DNA of 63,997 nucleotides, filler included, from Thraustochytrium aureum (taxonomy: Eukaryota), in the NCBI GenBank assembly GCA_012862495.1. It is 8 parts of 6 records of this genome, joined end to end, with 100 filler letters (N's around TTAATTAATTAA, not from the genome) between each part and the next. Parts side by side here need not be neighbours in the genome. Positions count along the whole stretch, not along the records: positions 1 to 14,476 come from BLSG01000257.1; positions 14,577 to 23,781 come from BLSG01000258.1; positions 23,882 to 30,171 come from BLSG01000260.1; 5 more parts are not named here. The stretch is one strand, 5' to 3'. The notes beneath the pieces are model-generated. The model did no database searches and was not told where the DNA came from. It saw only the letters and a program-made list of their open reading frames with translations. The translations under genes were made by a program, and so were the position numbers. Shown in pieces: positions 11,654-24,478 of the stretch. The stretch's first letter is position 1; each line of letters starts with the position of its first letter.

Positions 11654-12448
11654 GCGCGTCCTCGCCCGCTCGCGTTGCGCGTTGCGCGTCTGCTGCTCCG
11701 ATTCGAGTTTGGCGACCCGCCCTAACCTAAACCCTAACAGACGAGCGTTCAAAAGCCGCCATGACGAGGCAGGCGAACTCGGGGTTTGTTTGCTGACTCG
11801 CTCAGACTCGGAGCTTTGCTGGAGAGCGCGAGAACTTGGACGTGCTTTCAATTGAGCTTTGGGTTCGCCATCGTGATCTCCGTGCGCTTGTGCAACGGCA
11901 AGCGGGCAGAATCAGGGCTCAGGGCGCGAGTGGAGCAGCGTCTGACTTGTTCGCCAGACCAACTTGACGCACGCGATGTGCCAATCTTGATTGGCCAATT
12001 TCAATCGAAAAAGATGAACGAAACGGCGCTGATCAAGACGCAGGCAGGAGAACCTCTTCGAGTTGTTTGTTGTTCACGTTGGTTTGGTGGTTTGGTGGTT
12101 TTCGTTTGCGTTTTTGCACGTCAGGCTGGTTTCCAACAAGGCCTCGACCGGCTTCGCTCTCCCGCATCGATGTACTAGTAGGTACTCTCTACTCTGCTCT
12201 ACTACTTACTACAGTACTCTGCTCAGAGTTGCTGTTCGTTGTCCCGGTTCGCCCCAGCCCCAGCTGCGTTTTTTTTCCTCTGGAGCAAACCTAACCTTAC
12301 CCTAACCGAATATTCAAAGTGGGGAGATGAGGCGTTTGGTTGGAGCAGCGTCCGTCAAGCAGAGCGCGAACGACGGGAGAGCAGGACGCGAGAGCGCGGG
12401 CAGTCGAGAGCGGGCGTGTAGAAGCGGCGCGGGAGGCGACTTTGAACG

Positions 12449-14253
12449 ATGGTGGCGGGCGGCGTCCGCAGCAAGGCGCAATGGGAGGAGTGGTGCGCAG
12501 AGTTTGATGAAAAGTTCGCGGCCGAGCCGTGGAACAAGTTTGATATTGACGAGGTCGCGGCGTGCGACAGGCGACATGCGGCTGTGACGAACCGCGTTGC
12601 GGTGATGAAGATGATCGTAGATGCGCTGCATTCCGTGTTTGAATCCCAAACCAAGTATTCGGACCCGCGCGAGTGGTACGATTCTCTCGGCCCCACGACC
12701 GCGGCCAAGAACGCCGAGGTGTTCCAAATCGTGATCAAGTCCGAGCTGACGGCCGACTTCAAGGACCTCGCCCCGGGCGAGTCGTACGTCTTCTATGTGA
12801 AAGACCAGTTCGAGCGCACCCACTCGACGCTGCAGCAGTACGTCTCCAAGTTCAAACGCGGCGGGTTTCCGTCCAGCAAGTCGACTGCTGGCTCGGACTC
12901 GGGCTCCAAGCCGGCCTCCAAGCCGGCCACCAAAGCGGCCAAAATCGCCGGCCAAGCCCGACAAAGACGAATCGATGCCAGACCCCGCAAAGTACGTGAC
13001 TTTCATCGACGATTCACTGGGCGGCGAGGATGCGCAAGACCTGCGCAAAGAGATGTCGCACACCGCCTTTGAGTGCGCGTATCGCCTGCGGAACCGAATC
13101 AGCACTGTCCTCAAAAACAAGGCGATCACCCCTACGCGATGCAAGACGATTGGGGCCTCGGTCGCAAAGTTTGAGGACGAGACGGCGAAAAGCACGCTCG
13201 GCAAAGGCAAACTGGACGAGTACCGCGAATCGATGGAGAGCAAGTGCCGCAAGCTCCGCCTCAAGCTCGAATACTTTGAGTTGGGGCGTCGCCTCGCAGA
13301 GTCGCACCGCTCCAAGGTGGACGAGCGCCTCGCCGAGCTCGTCAAGGACTTGGCCTCTCCGGCCAGCCGCACACCGGCGAAAAAGGCGGAGAAAACTCGC
13401 CTCACCAAGGTCCTCTCGATGATGAAGGCTCCGGACAAGTTCCCCGAAAACGTGGCGGCCGTGCTGAAGCTAGCCCGCGAGGCGGCCAGCGACCTTGGTG
13501 AGGAGTCGGAGAGCGGCAGAAAGACCAAGACCGCGCGTTCGTCCAAGGCCGAGCCCAAGGATAGCGACGCAACTTCGGAATCGTCCAGCTCTGCAAGTGC
13601 CAGCGAGAGTGGCGAGAGCAGCGGGAGTGAGAGCGATGAGAGCGCGAAGCCGAAGCGCAAAANNNNNNNNNNNNNNNNNNNNNNNNNNNNNNNNNNNNNN
13701 NNNNNNNNNNNNNNNNNNNNNNNNNNNNNNNNNNNNNNNNNNNNNNNNNNNNNNNNNNNNNNNNNNNNNNNNNNNNNNNNNNNNNNNNNNNNNNNNNNNN
13801 NNNNAGCCAAAAAGTGCGAAGGGCGCGTCGCCGTCGACACCCAAACCTGTGGAGAATGAGACGGTCGCCGATGAAAGCGACGCTTCCGATCACGACGACC
13901 AGGAGGCCACTTCAGATGAGAGCGCGAGCGCCCGCCAACCCCGCAAGGTTGCCCGCTCTGTGCCCAATGGCAAGCGCGCTTCGAAGCGCTTGTCGACGGT
14001 CTCGAGCGCGCTGGGCGCTTCCAAGTTGCCCAGCACCACGCCGTCGCACCGCGTGACTCTGGTAGAAAAATTGGCCGGCCTGGTTAAAGAGGAGGTGGCA
14101 AGAGCTCTCCCCCAAGAGGTTGCCAAGGCGCAAGCGACGAGTCCCGCTGTCGACGAGGGTCTCATGAAAGAGATAAGCGAGCGTTTACTGAAGATCGAGG
14201 AGTTCATAAAGGCGTTTGCAAAGTACGCCGACTATAACCATGAGTCGGAGTGA
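12449..14253 (+). CDS. Hypothetical protein with Ser/Lys/Glu-rich region; frameshift near 12945, internal gap
   Basis: Consecutive ORFs with coding-like codon usage. Removing one A from gcc-aaaa-tcg gives KAAKSPAKPDKDESMPDP. No recognisable domain. Confidence 0.55.
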
Positions 14254-14476
14254 CCTTCGCCTTGGACAAGCGCAGACTCTAACGATCCGAAGCTGCAGTT
14301 TCTCACGCGCGGGTTGGCCCGGATCATGCAGGTGCACATCCAGCGCGCCGGCCAGTCGAGGTGGAGAACGCGAGGATGTACCGGCCCGCACCGAGTTGGC
14401 CAGTTCACGTTTTTTGAAATTTGGATCCACAATTGATTTTTTCATCCAAGCTGACCCAAACTCTCAACCCAAGCCA

Positions 14477-14576
14477 NNNNNNNNNNNNNNNNNNNNNNNN
14501 NNNNNNNNNNNNNNNNNNNNTTAATTAATTAANNNNNNNNNNNNNNNNNNNNNNNNNNNNNNNNNNNNNNNNNNNN
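14477..14576. other. Artificial scaffold linker N44-TTAATTAATTAA-N44 (other cores at 23826, 30216, 38900, 46938, 54472, 62560)
   Basis: The identical 12-mer, with stops in all six frames and flanked by N runs, occurs seven times. Confidence 0.95.
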
Positions 14577-14843
14577 CCGCGAGCGAGACGCGCGGACGGG
14601 CGAGCGACTGGAGCTGGCTGGCGTCGGTGCTCGGCTCGAGGCTGTGCGCGAGGCTGTCTGCGCCCGAGGCTGTGCCGGCTGGCGCTCGGCGAGCCGCGGC
14701 CTCGGTGGCTTCGGGGCGCTGGTTGTTCTGCGTCCGCGTCTTCCGGCTCGAGCCTTCGGCCGCTGCAAGCGCCGCGGAGGCGATCGGGCGGGCGGTAGTG
14801 GTGCGGGGGCGTTGGTACAGGGCTGTTGTTGGGGGTGGCAGAC

Positions 14844-15750
14844 ATGTGGACGCGCTCGTTGCTGAGGGCCGGGACGACGGCCTGGCGTGGCGGCCTGGCC
14901 AACGCGAGCGCTGCGAGGCGCGTGGCGGCTGTGACCGCGTCGGGCGTCGCCGTTGTGGGCCTGGCGGGGATGGGCGGCGCGAAGCGCGCCTTGGCGCTCC
15001 AGGCGTCGGCCGCAACTGCGCCGCTGCTGGCGCTCACCGAGCCGGTCAAGCTCTACCAGTACGACGTGTGCCCGTTTTGCAACAAGGTGCAGGCGTTCTT
15101 GGAGTTTCACGGGCTCCCCTTTGACAAGGTCGAGGTCAACCCGGTGACCAAGGAGGAGATCAAGTTCCAGGAGTACCGCATGGTGCCGTTCGCCATCGTG
15201 AACGGCAAGCAGGTGAACGGGTCCGGCGCCATCATCGACGCGCTCCGGCAGGGTGCGCCGAAGAGCCCCGAGGAGGAAAAGTGGTGCAGCTGGGTGGACG
15301 CCCACCTGGTTCACATTCTGCCGGTCAACATCTACAGAACGCCGAGCGAGGCCTTGCAGTCGTTTGACTACATCTCCAAGAGCAGCAACTTTTCCGCGAT
15401 GCAGGCCCTCTCGGCGCGCTACATCGGCGCCGTGGCCATGTTCTTCGTTGCCAAGCGTTCCAAGAAAAAGTACAACCTCGGCGACGACCCGCGCAAGGAG
15501 CTCTACTCTGCCTTTGGAGACCTGGGTCGCCGAGGGCCTCGGCGGCCAGGCCTTCAACGGCGGCGCGGCGCCGAACACGGCCGACCTGGCCGTGTTTGGC
15601 GTCTTGCGCTCGATCGACGGGGACAACTACAAGACCTGGCACGACCTGCACGCCGCGGAGTTTGCAGGCAGCGCTCAGTTCTGGCGCTGGTATGAGGCCA
15701 TCAAGAGCCAGGTCGCCGAGGGCAGGGCCAAGCGCGCCGCCAGCCAGTAA
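14844..15750 (+). CDS. PTGES2: Prostaglandin E synthase 2-like (glutaredoxin/GST fold); frameshift near 15513
   Basis: LYQYDVCPFCNKV (CPFC), VEVNPV, YRMVP, LVHILPVNIYRTPSEALQSFDY, FNGGAAPNTADLAVFGVLRSIDG. Arg/Ala-rich N-terminus resembles a transit peptide. Confidence 0.9.
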
Positions 15751-16995
15751 AACCCCTCGCGGTCGACCTCGCCGCGTGCGCCAGGTCTGCTGCGCGCATG
15801 TCTGCGCCGTCGAGCCGCTTCAACCGTGCGTGGAATCCCACGATCTCTGACCGTCGCATTGATGCGCTGGTGCGCTGGATTTTCCGCACACCGGCCACGC
15901 CGAGTGCCGAGCCCTCCTTCAGCAAGTAGAAAAGAACAACCTGCGGACCTTGCACGGTGGCTCACTGGCCGCTGGACCCCGAGGCCTCTTGAGCCCGACG
16001 CAGAGCCTGCCAGCGCCCTCTGGGGGAGAGCTGTTGAGCGGCCGAGAGATTGCCTTCCGAATTCTGGTTTGGTTTCCGTTGCTCTCACGTGCACACACCG
16101 CAATCGTTTCTGCTCGCCGAGCCAAGCCGGCCTCACGGAAAAGAGCGGCTCTTGAGCGCCGCACGTGCACGAACACTTGAGGCCGGTGGAGGAGGGCCGT
16201 GTCCAAGCCTTCCGAGTCCACTCGCCAGCGGTCGCGCGGCTTTGCGCGTTGTGAGGCATCAAGGTGTGCCGCGACCGTGACAATGGCTTCGGAGCACAGT
16301 CTTCATTCACCTCGGGCAATCATCGCTCTCTCGAGCTCTGTAGAGCCACTGGCAGGTCCCGATGCCGCAGGATTTAGCGAGGTTTTCCTTCCTGCAGGCG
16401 CGGGTGACTCAAGAGCAGAGCAGTTGATCGCGTGCGTTTCTCCGCAGCGCCTGCGTCGGCCGCCTGAGATACTCCGCCGCACATGGCGGTCGCCAGCCGC
16501 ACGGAGGAAGGATGGAAGGACAAGGACGGGGTGTGCTCTAGCAGCTCGGCCAGCTCGCTCACACGGCGCACGAAGTGCATGCACAGGCGCGAGAAAAGAA
16601 AAGCAGCGCGAAAAAAGAGGCTTTTTCGCGAGTTTGAGTTTCGTTTTTTTTGCCTTTTTTTGCACCTTTTTTTCGTGCAAGGGGAGAGAGAAAAGCAAAA
16701 GAGCCTCAGGAGCAGCAGAAGCAGCAGCAGCAGCAGAGCGCCAACGCGGACGGCCAGGGCGCCGAGCGAGGCCGTGCGAAGGACGGAGCGTTCGTTGCTG
16801 GCGGACTGCGCTGGGCTGTGCCTTCGCGGCGCTCGCTCGGCCGCAGGTTTTTTCGGGCAGCGGGAGCGGCTTGGGCAAGTTGGCGCTGCCCACGACCTGG
16901 AGCGCCCCGAAGGCTAGGTCGCTCGCGGCTCGCACGGGCCTGCCCCGGACGGCGCGCGCGAAGGGCCCACGCGGCGGTGGGCAAAGGGGCCGGAG

Positions 16996-19900
16996 ATGAG
17001 GCGGCTGAACCGCAAGTCGAGGGCGCCCAAGGCCAAGCCCACGGACTTGTACACGCAGGCAGGCAAGAAGATGTCCAAGAAAGGCTCCTCCACCTCCTCC
17101 ACCTCCACCTCCACCGCCGANNNNNNNNNNNNNNNNNNNNNNNNNNNNNNNNNNNNNNNNNNNNNNNNNNNNNNNNNNNNNNNNNNNNNNNNNNNNNNNN
17201 NNNNNNNNNNNNNNNNNNNNNNNNNNNNNNNNNNNNNNNNNNNNNNNNNNNNNNNNNNNNNGTCCTCCATTCGCTCCTCGGCGCGAAGGTCCCTGTCGCG
17301 GCTGTCCCTTCCGCGAAAGAACGGGTCGGGCGGCTCGAAGGGCAAACGGTCCACGAAGGGCGACCGCAAGGCCGGCTCGCAGGCCGGAGCGGACGACGAG
17401 GACTATGCGAGCGCAGACAGCATGTCGCGGGCCTCGTACGGGGGCTACTCGCAGACCAGCTTCGAGGACGTGTTCGGCCGGCGCGCGTTCGACGACGAGG
17501 AGCTCGAGGAGGAGTTTGAGTTTGCCAACCCGAGCAAGTGGCGCGACCAAGCCGCCACCAAGGAGGCCGTCTACGACGTGCTGAGCAAGGGCGGCAGCCC
17601 CATGCAGAAGGCCCGCAAGCTCTTCCTTCTGGAGCAGCTCAACCGCCCGGCGCCGCCGAGCGAAGCGCCCAACTATTGGAGCCGCCCCGGAGTGTACGGC
17701 GCAACGCGAAACGGCCCGCGCCGCAAAAAGACCAAAGCGTTCTATGCGATCCCTGGCGCCTCCGGCGAAGGCGCGCCCGCCCCAGAGGCCTTTTGGACCG
17801 TGAGCGACGCCGTGGGCCAGGCCCAAAAGCTCGGCCTGGGCTGGCCCATCCGCGTCGAAATTGTGCTGGACGCAGCCAAACTCCTCGGCCGCCTGCACCA
17901 GGGCGGGTACATCCACGGCACGCTGCGCGCAGAAAACGTGCTCCTCGACGACGGCCTGCACGTGCACTTTCGCGCGGTCAAGACGATCCGCACGCTGACG
18001 CGCGAAGAGATCCGCGGCGATGCTCGCGTGGCCATGCAGCAAATCGACATCCTCGGCGTGGGGATCATCATCCTGGAGCTGGCGCTGGGCAAGCCGCTGG
18101 CTACCCTCGCCTGCCCCAAACTGCGCAGCGCGATCAAGTACGAGGAGAAGCAGCGCTATGACAAGCTCGAGGCTCTGAACGACGCCGTCGCGGACGAAGT
18201 CCGCGCCCTCCTGCAGAGCGAGTCGATCGGCACGCCGTCCTCGCTCGTGGAGCTCTGCGTGCAGTGCGTGTCTCCGATGCGGCTCACGCGGCCAGTCGCG
18301 GACGACGTGATCGGGTGGTTGCAAGACCTCCGCGACGACTTGCAGGACGCGGACACGCCCAAGAAGGGCGAGGTCGCTCAGGTGATGGCCTCGAACAAAA
18401 AGCTCGCGCTCAAGTCTGCCAAGGTGTACGACGTGAAAAGCGTGGCGGTGATCGAGGACGTCGAGGAGGGCTACGAGACGGACGACTCGTATGCGCCCCC
18501 GCCCGACGCCGAGGCGAACGGGATCACCGAGGACGGCAAGCGCTCGAGCTCGCCCAAGGCGCCCGCCGCGGCGAGGTCGGCCAACAAGCTGCAGGCCTTC
18601 CTGCAGTCGACGGCGAACGACNNNNNNNNNNNNNNNNNNNNNNNNNNNNNNNNNNNNNNNNNNNNNNNNNNNNNNNNNNNNNNNNNNNNNNNNNNNNNNN
18701 NNNNNNNNNNNNNNNNNNNNNNNNNNNNNNNNNNNNNNNNNNNNNNNNNNNNNNNNNNNNNNNNNNNNNNNNNNNNNNNNNNNNNNNNNNNNNNNNNNNN
18801 NNNNNNNNNNNNNNNNNNNNNNNNNNNNNNNNNNNNNNNNNNNNNNNNNNNNNNNNNNNNNNNNNNNNNNNNNNNNNNNNNNNNNNNNNNNNNNNNNNNN
18901 NNNNNNNNNNNNNNNNNNNNNNNNNNNNNNNNNNNNNNNNCATCAGCAAGGCAAACATCGCCAAGTTCAAGCAGGCCTACATCTCCAAGCAGCAAGCGCT
19001 CTCGATGAAGCCGATCGACCCAGAGGCGCTCGCGCGCCGCTTGGACGAACAAGAGATCCTGAGCTCCGAGGAGGCGCTCGCCATCATCAAGCGCGCCGAC
19101 CACGTCATGCGGCAAGAGCCCAACCTGGTGCAGCTGAGCGCCACCGCGAACGGCAACATCACGGTGGTGGGCGACATCCACGGCCAGTACTACGACCTGC
19201 GGCACCTGTTCCGCATCGGCGGCGCGCTCGGCAAGGGCAAGGGCAAGACGACATACCTGTTCCTGGGCGACTACATCGACCGCGGAGACTGGGGCGCCGA
19301 GGTGCTCCTCTACCTCTTCGCCCTCAAGGCCAAGTTTCCAGCCCACATTTGGCTCCTGCGCGGCAACCACGAGGCGCGCACCGTGACCTCGTTCTTCGGC
19401 TTCAAGGACGAGTGCGAGCGCAAGTACGGGCTCACGATCTACAACCGGGCCTGCGAGGCGTTCCAGGCCATGCCGATCGCCGCCACGGTGGAGACGCCGG
19501 CGGGCAAGTTCCTCGCGCTGCACGGAGGAATCAGCCCCAACGTGCAGACCATGGACCAGTTTATCGAGTTTGACCGGTTCGCAGAGCCTGCTATGAGCGG
19601 GTTTCTCTGCGACGTGCTCTGGAGCGACCCGGTCAAGGACAACCACGAGGACGGCGTGGGGCAAAGCCTGAGCGACTTTCTCAGCATCGACTTTCTCCCC
19701 AACCCGCAGCGCGGGTGCTCGTACCGCTACGGTTTTCGCGCCCTGGTGTCGTTCCTGGCCGTCAACGGGCTGGTGGGCATCATCCGCGCGCACGAGGTCC
19801 AGGAGGAGGGCTACTTGTACCATTTCCAGGACCTCAGCGGGGGCGCCAAGGCGGAGACCACGGCGCAGGTCACGCCGCCCGTCATCACGGTCTTCTCGGC

Positions 19901-21321
19901 GCCCAACTACTGCGGCCGCTACGGCAACAAGGCTGCGGTGATCCGCATCCACGCCAAGCCCCCGGGCCGCAAGGTCAAGCGCGGCGTGGGGGTGCGCCCC
20001 CATCCAGCTGCTCGAGCCGATCCAGTTTTCGGCGGCGCCGCATCCCGAGCCGGTCCAGCTTGAGAACGAGCAGGCGCGCCAGACGGGCCGCATCGAGACC
20101 ACGTGCCCGTACATGCCCACCACGTTCGCCAGCTTATCAAGAAGGCCGTCGAGCTGGGCGAGGAGGAGGCCCGGCGCGGGATCCACCGCGCCGCGGCTGC
20201 GNNNNNNNNNNNNNNNNNNNNNNNNNNNNNNNNNNNNNNNNNNNNNNNNNNNNNNNNNNNNNNNNNNNNNNNNNNNNNNNNNNNNNNNNNNNNNNNNNNN
20301 NNNNNNNNNNNNNNNNNNNNNNNNNNNNNNNNNNNNNNNNNNNNNNNNNNNNNNNNNNNNNNNNNNNNNNNNNNNNNNNNNNNNNNNNNNNNNNNNNNNN
20401 NNNNNNNNNNNNNNNNNNNNNNNNNNNNNNNNNNNNNNNNNNNNNNNNNNNNNNNNNNNNNNNNNNNNNNNNNNNNNNNNNNNNNNNNNNNNNNNNNNNN
20501 NNNNNNNNNNNNNNNNNNNNNNNNNNNNNNNNNNNNNNNNNNNNNNNNNNNNNNNNNNNNNNNNNNNNNNNNNNNNNNNNCCGCCTCTGCCGCCGCGCCG
20601 CGTCGAGCCGCAGTCCGAGCCCGAGGGCAAGGGCGGCTCCAAGGCCAAGAAGAATAACTGGAAGGCCGCGCAGTTGCTCGGCTTTGAAGACGGCGCGGCC
20701 GCCGACTCGGGTGCGGATGGCAAGGCCAAGGCGGGGAAGAAGAAGCGGAAGAAGAAGGTCAACAAAAAGTACACCGAGGCAGCGGCGCAGGACGGGATCA
20801 ACGAGATGAACCCGCTCGTGGTGGAGGAGAAGATGAAGGAGGCGCAGACCAAGCTCAAGCCGGACGCGCTCCACCTCCCGAACTCGGTGCGCCTCCAGGA
20901 GGGCAGCAACCGGCGCAGCTTGATCAAGAACAGGGACCGTGCGCGCTCGCAGTCGCCCGAGCCGGACGTGTCCAATATCGCCACCAAGGGCGAGGACGGG
21001 GACGACGCCATCACCTTTACGTCGTCCGAGCTCGTGGGCTTGCAGACGCTTTTCCTGTTTATCGACACGCGCGGGCGGAGCTATGTCACGGTCGAGGACC
21101 TCGTGCAGTGGTCGGCGGAGGAGGGCCAGGCCGTGCAGCGATCGGAGGCCGAGCTCTGCATCAACTACGTCGACGTTGACATGGACGGCAGGATTGGCTT
21201 TGAGGACTACCTCGTGTTTGCTGCGCGCGTCAAGGACCAGTGGCTCATCCGCGAGTACGGCAAGGTGATGAGCCACATCAAGACCATGCAAAAGCAGAAC
21301 TCCTCGCCCAAGCTCCTCTAG
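16996..21321 (+). CDS. Putative pseudokinase + calcineurin A-like (PP2B) phosphatase + EF-hand protein; three gaps, frameshifts near 19990 and 20127
   Basis: Kinase C-lobe WPIRVEI..LHQGGYIHGTLRAENVLL..DILGVGIIILEL. PPP motifs GDIHG, GDYIDRG, RGNHE, HGG, RAHE, SAPNYC. EF-hand loop DVDMDGRIGFED. Continuity across the gaps is inferred. Confidence 0.7.
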
Positions 21322-22272
21322 CTCTAGCTAGTAGAGAGCGACTCTCGAGCTAGCTCGAGCTAGAGCGAGCTAGCTGCAGTAGCTTGCTTTGCCCGTGGCT
21401 GGCTCGGTAAACAAATACTTTTTCAATCGTGTCGCTCCTCGCTCGGCCCAGCCTCGCCACGCTTTTCCTCGCGCGACGCATCTTGATCACAGCAAAGGCG
21501 CGCTACGTCCGCCTCCGCCGCCGTGCACCAGTTTCGCATCGGTACAGAATCAGTTCAGAAAAATCAGAACAGATCAGATCCAAACTCTGACCCGCCACTG
21601 GAATCCGTTCTCCGCGCACCACCCCAGCGCTCTGCTCTCCGGTCGATGCAGTACTTCCTCGCCGCATCCCACTGGAATCCTCGGGCAACAGAGCGCCAAA
21701 AGTCGCCCAAAACCGACCCGAAAACTTGAAGGCCAAAACCAAAAACCAACGACACACACATTCTCTCTCTGTCGAGCCCGAGCCAGCCAGAGGGCGCACC
21801 GCCTGAGCCGCGAGAGCGCAGGTCAAGAGCGGCCAAGACGAGGAAGCGCGCGCGCTGGGGCTGGGCGGGCCGAGGGAGGGGAGGGTGGTGAAAGTGAACG
21901 ACTCGGAGCCGCCCACCTCACTCCATCGATCCATCGCGCCGCTCATCAGTGCAGAATGCGTCCAAGTCGAACTTGAAAGAAAGGGCGGCCAACAGCGGGT
22001 CGAGCAAGTGCACAACCCTACCCACCTTCCTGCTCCTGCAAACAGTACCTGCTTGGCTGCCTGCCCGCGTGCCTGCCTGCCCGCCTGCCTGCTGCAGCAG
22101 TTGCTTGCTCTGCGCAGCGCGCTCGAGCGGTCGGTCGCGGCGGACGTGGCCCGGAGGACAAGGCACGGCACGGTCGACCACCAGCCAGCAGCCCCTTGTC
22201 GCCTCGCGCGTGCTCGCAGTAGGGTCAGGTTGGGCCGGGCTCGCGGGGAAGTACGTGAGTACGTACTGAGCG

Positions 22273-23451
22273 ATGGCGGACGCGAGGTCGAGCGCGAGGT
22301 TCTCGGTGGACCAGCGGAGCAGCGCGAGGTACTCTGTGGAGAAGACGGAGGACGCCGACGCCAAGACCGGGTATGCGGCGCTCGCGCTGTCGTCCATGCT
22401 GACTGCGGTCGGCGGCGGGGTGGCCGTGTTTCAGGCCCACGCGGTTCGCAAGGACGACTTTTACCCTTTCACCGTCTACCTGCTGGACGTGATGGAGCAG
22501 CCGGCGTACATCCAGTACCTGGTGAACGGGACCTTCTTCTCCGGGCTCAGCCTCTTTCTCGCCTCGTTTCTGGCCTCCACGGGGTCGATCCTGGCGCGTC
22601 CCAAGCTCGCCCAGGCCGGCCTCGTGCTCTCCTTTATCGCGGCCGCCTTTGTGATGGTGGGCGGCATCATCTCGCTCAACTTTATCAACGGGCTGAACGG
22701 GGACATCAACACGGGCGCCCCGACGCTCGAAGGCCCCTCGCGCCAGCTGCAGGACTGGTCCATCGCCATGTACGACCGCTGCTGCCTGTGGCCCAACTTT
22801 GTCGACCGCAGCAACGCGGCCTTTCTCAAGTACCTCAAAGGCGAGGACATTGACGTCACGCTCAAGGAGATGTTGACCTGCGAGGACTTTTACAAGAGCC
22901 GCAACATCGACCGAACGCGGCTGCCAGGCCTCGTGCAGGCCTGCATTGGCAACCGGCTGCACTTGCAGTGGTTCAAGGTCGCCACCACCGACTGGATGTG
23001 CGACATCCTCAACTCGACCGAGGTGGACATCTCGAGCGCCGAGTTTCAGCAGATCAGCCTCTCCGAGTTCCTCGACACGGAAGCGATCGTTCTCGCCTCG
23101 CAGGCCACGCAGCCGACCTATGGGTGCGGCGGCGGGAAAATTCTCGCTTTCCAGTACCAGTGCTACCTGTGGTTCCAGAACACCTGCCGTCCCGTGGCTG
23201 TGGTGCTGATGGTCGTCGGGATCCTGTCTCTGCTCTGCACGTTTTTCGGCGCCGCTTCGTTGGGTCTTTCGTCGAGCAACCGCGACATCGACATCGACAT
23301 GTCTGTCGTGCAGGCCTACATGAACCGACAGTCGCTGCGCAGAGACGAGATGAACCATGCGGCGCTTGCCGGGGTGTCGCGCCCGACGCGGCCGGAGGGC
23401 CAGCAAATGGTCCAAGTGGCTGTGCCGGTGAACGTGGACGACAAGATCTGA
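22273..23451 (+). CDS. Tetraspanin-like 4-TM membrane protein
   Basis: Three N-terminal hydrophobic helices, a long Cys-rich loop (DRCC, YGC) and a fourth TM VAVVLMVVGILSLLCTFFG. Confidence 0.6.
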   Translation: MADARSSARFSVDQRSSARYSVEKTEDADAKTGYAALALSSMLTAVGGGVAVFQAHAVRKDDFYPFTVYLLDVMEQPAYIQYLVNGTFFSGLSLFLASFLASTGSILARPKLAQAGLVLSFIAAAFVMVGGIISLNFINGLNGDINTGAPTLEGPSRQLQDWSIAMYDRCCLWPNFVDRSNAAFLKYLKGEDIDVTLKEMLTCEDFYKSRNIDRTRLPGLVQACIGNRLHLQWFKVATTDWMCDILNSTEVDISSAEFQQISLSEFLDTEAIVLASQATQPTYGCGGGKILAFQYQCYLWFQNTCRPVAVVLMVVGILSLLCTFFGAASLGLSSSNRDIDIDMSVVQAYMNRQSLRRDEMNHAALAGVSRPTRPEGQQMVQVAVPVNVDDKI

Positions 23452-24478
23452 AAGATCTGAACTGATCCTACGCTGGCTGCTCGTCCTTGTTGGTAGAAAG
23501 TATTTCTGACAGAGTGTTGATGTTGATCGTTTCCCGTTTGGGCGGCGTGGAGGGAGCGCGTCGGTCCGCTCGCGACAAGCGGCTTGCCGCGCGGCGCTTG
23601 CCCCCGTGCGAGTTCACCGCTCCGCAGAGCGCGCGCGCGAGTTAGTGCGCCAACTGGGCGATGAGCGCCTCCGTGTGCGCCCAGAGCTCGCGCGCAAGTC
23701 CTGCGTCTTGGCAGAGCGGCGCTGCAGGAGCCACAGCCGCGTCATAATAGTAAAGCCCCGTCTCGTTCGCCGTGCCCGGGGNNNNNNNNNNNNNNNNNNN
23801 NNNNNNNNNNNNNNNNNNNNNNNNNTTAATTAATTAANNNNNNNNNNNNNNNNNNNNNNNNNNNNNNNNNNNNNNNNNNNNCATCCTGTCCAAGTCGCTG
23901 CAGAAGTCGGTCTTCGGGACGCTTTGAGGCAGCAAGGATACTCGTGCATTTGCAAATTTGCAGCACAGCTCGCAGGCGACGGGTGGTGAGAGTTTTCGCT
24001 TTTCGTTCTCACACCTGGGACAAACAGCAAGCCAGAAGCCGGTGCGCCATGTTTTTTGTTGTTTTTTCGGCGTTTTTCGCGTCCCACGCGCCAAAACAAA
24101 CCCCAAAATCGTTGAGACCGTGCTCGTGCAATGTGCAGTGGACTGACCGGTCCGGTCCGGGCTCCAGACCGGTCATGTCTCCCGGACGAGTGCTTGAAAA
24201 GGCGGCCGTTGGGTTTGGAGCCGGGCTGCTTTCCTTTGCGCGCTGGCCGCAGAAATGCGGAGCGCAGCGTGTTATGGTGTTGTGCGTGCTTGCGAGCGAG
24301 TCACGTGACGTGAAGGCGATTCACGCGGCGATGTGGCGACGGAAGTGGGTGCCAAGCCAACTTCTCGAGCAGCCTGGGCACCAGCAAAACCTCATCGCGA
24401 ACGGGCTCGAGCAGAGACCGGCAAGAAATAAAGCCAAAGCAAGCTCTCCACACGAGCGAGAGTCAACCAGCAAGCCTG

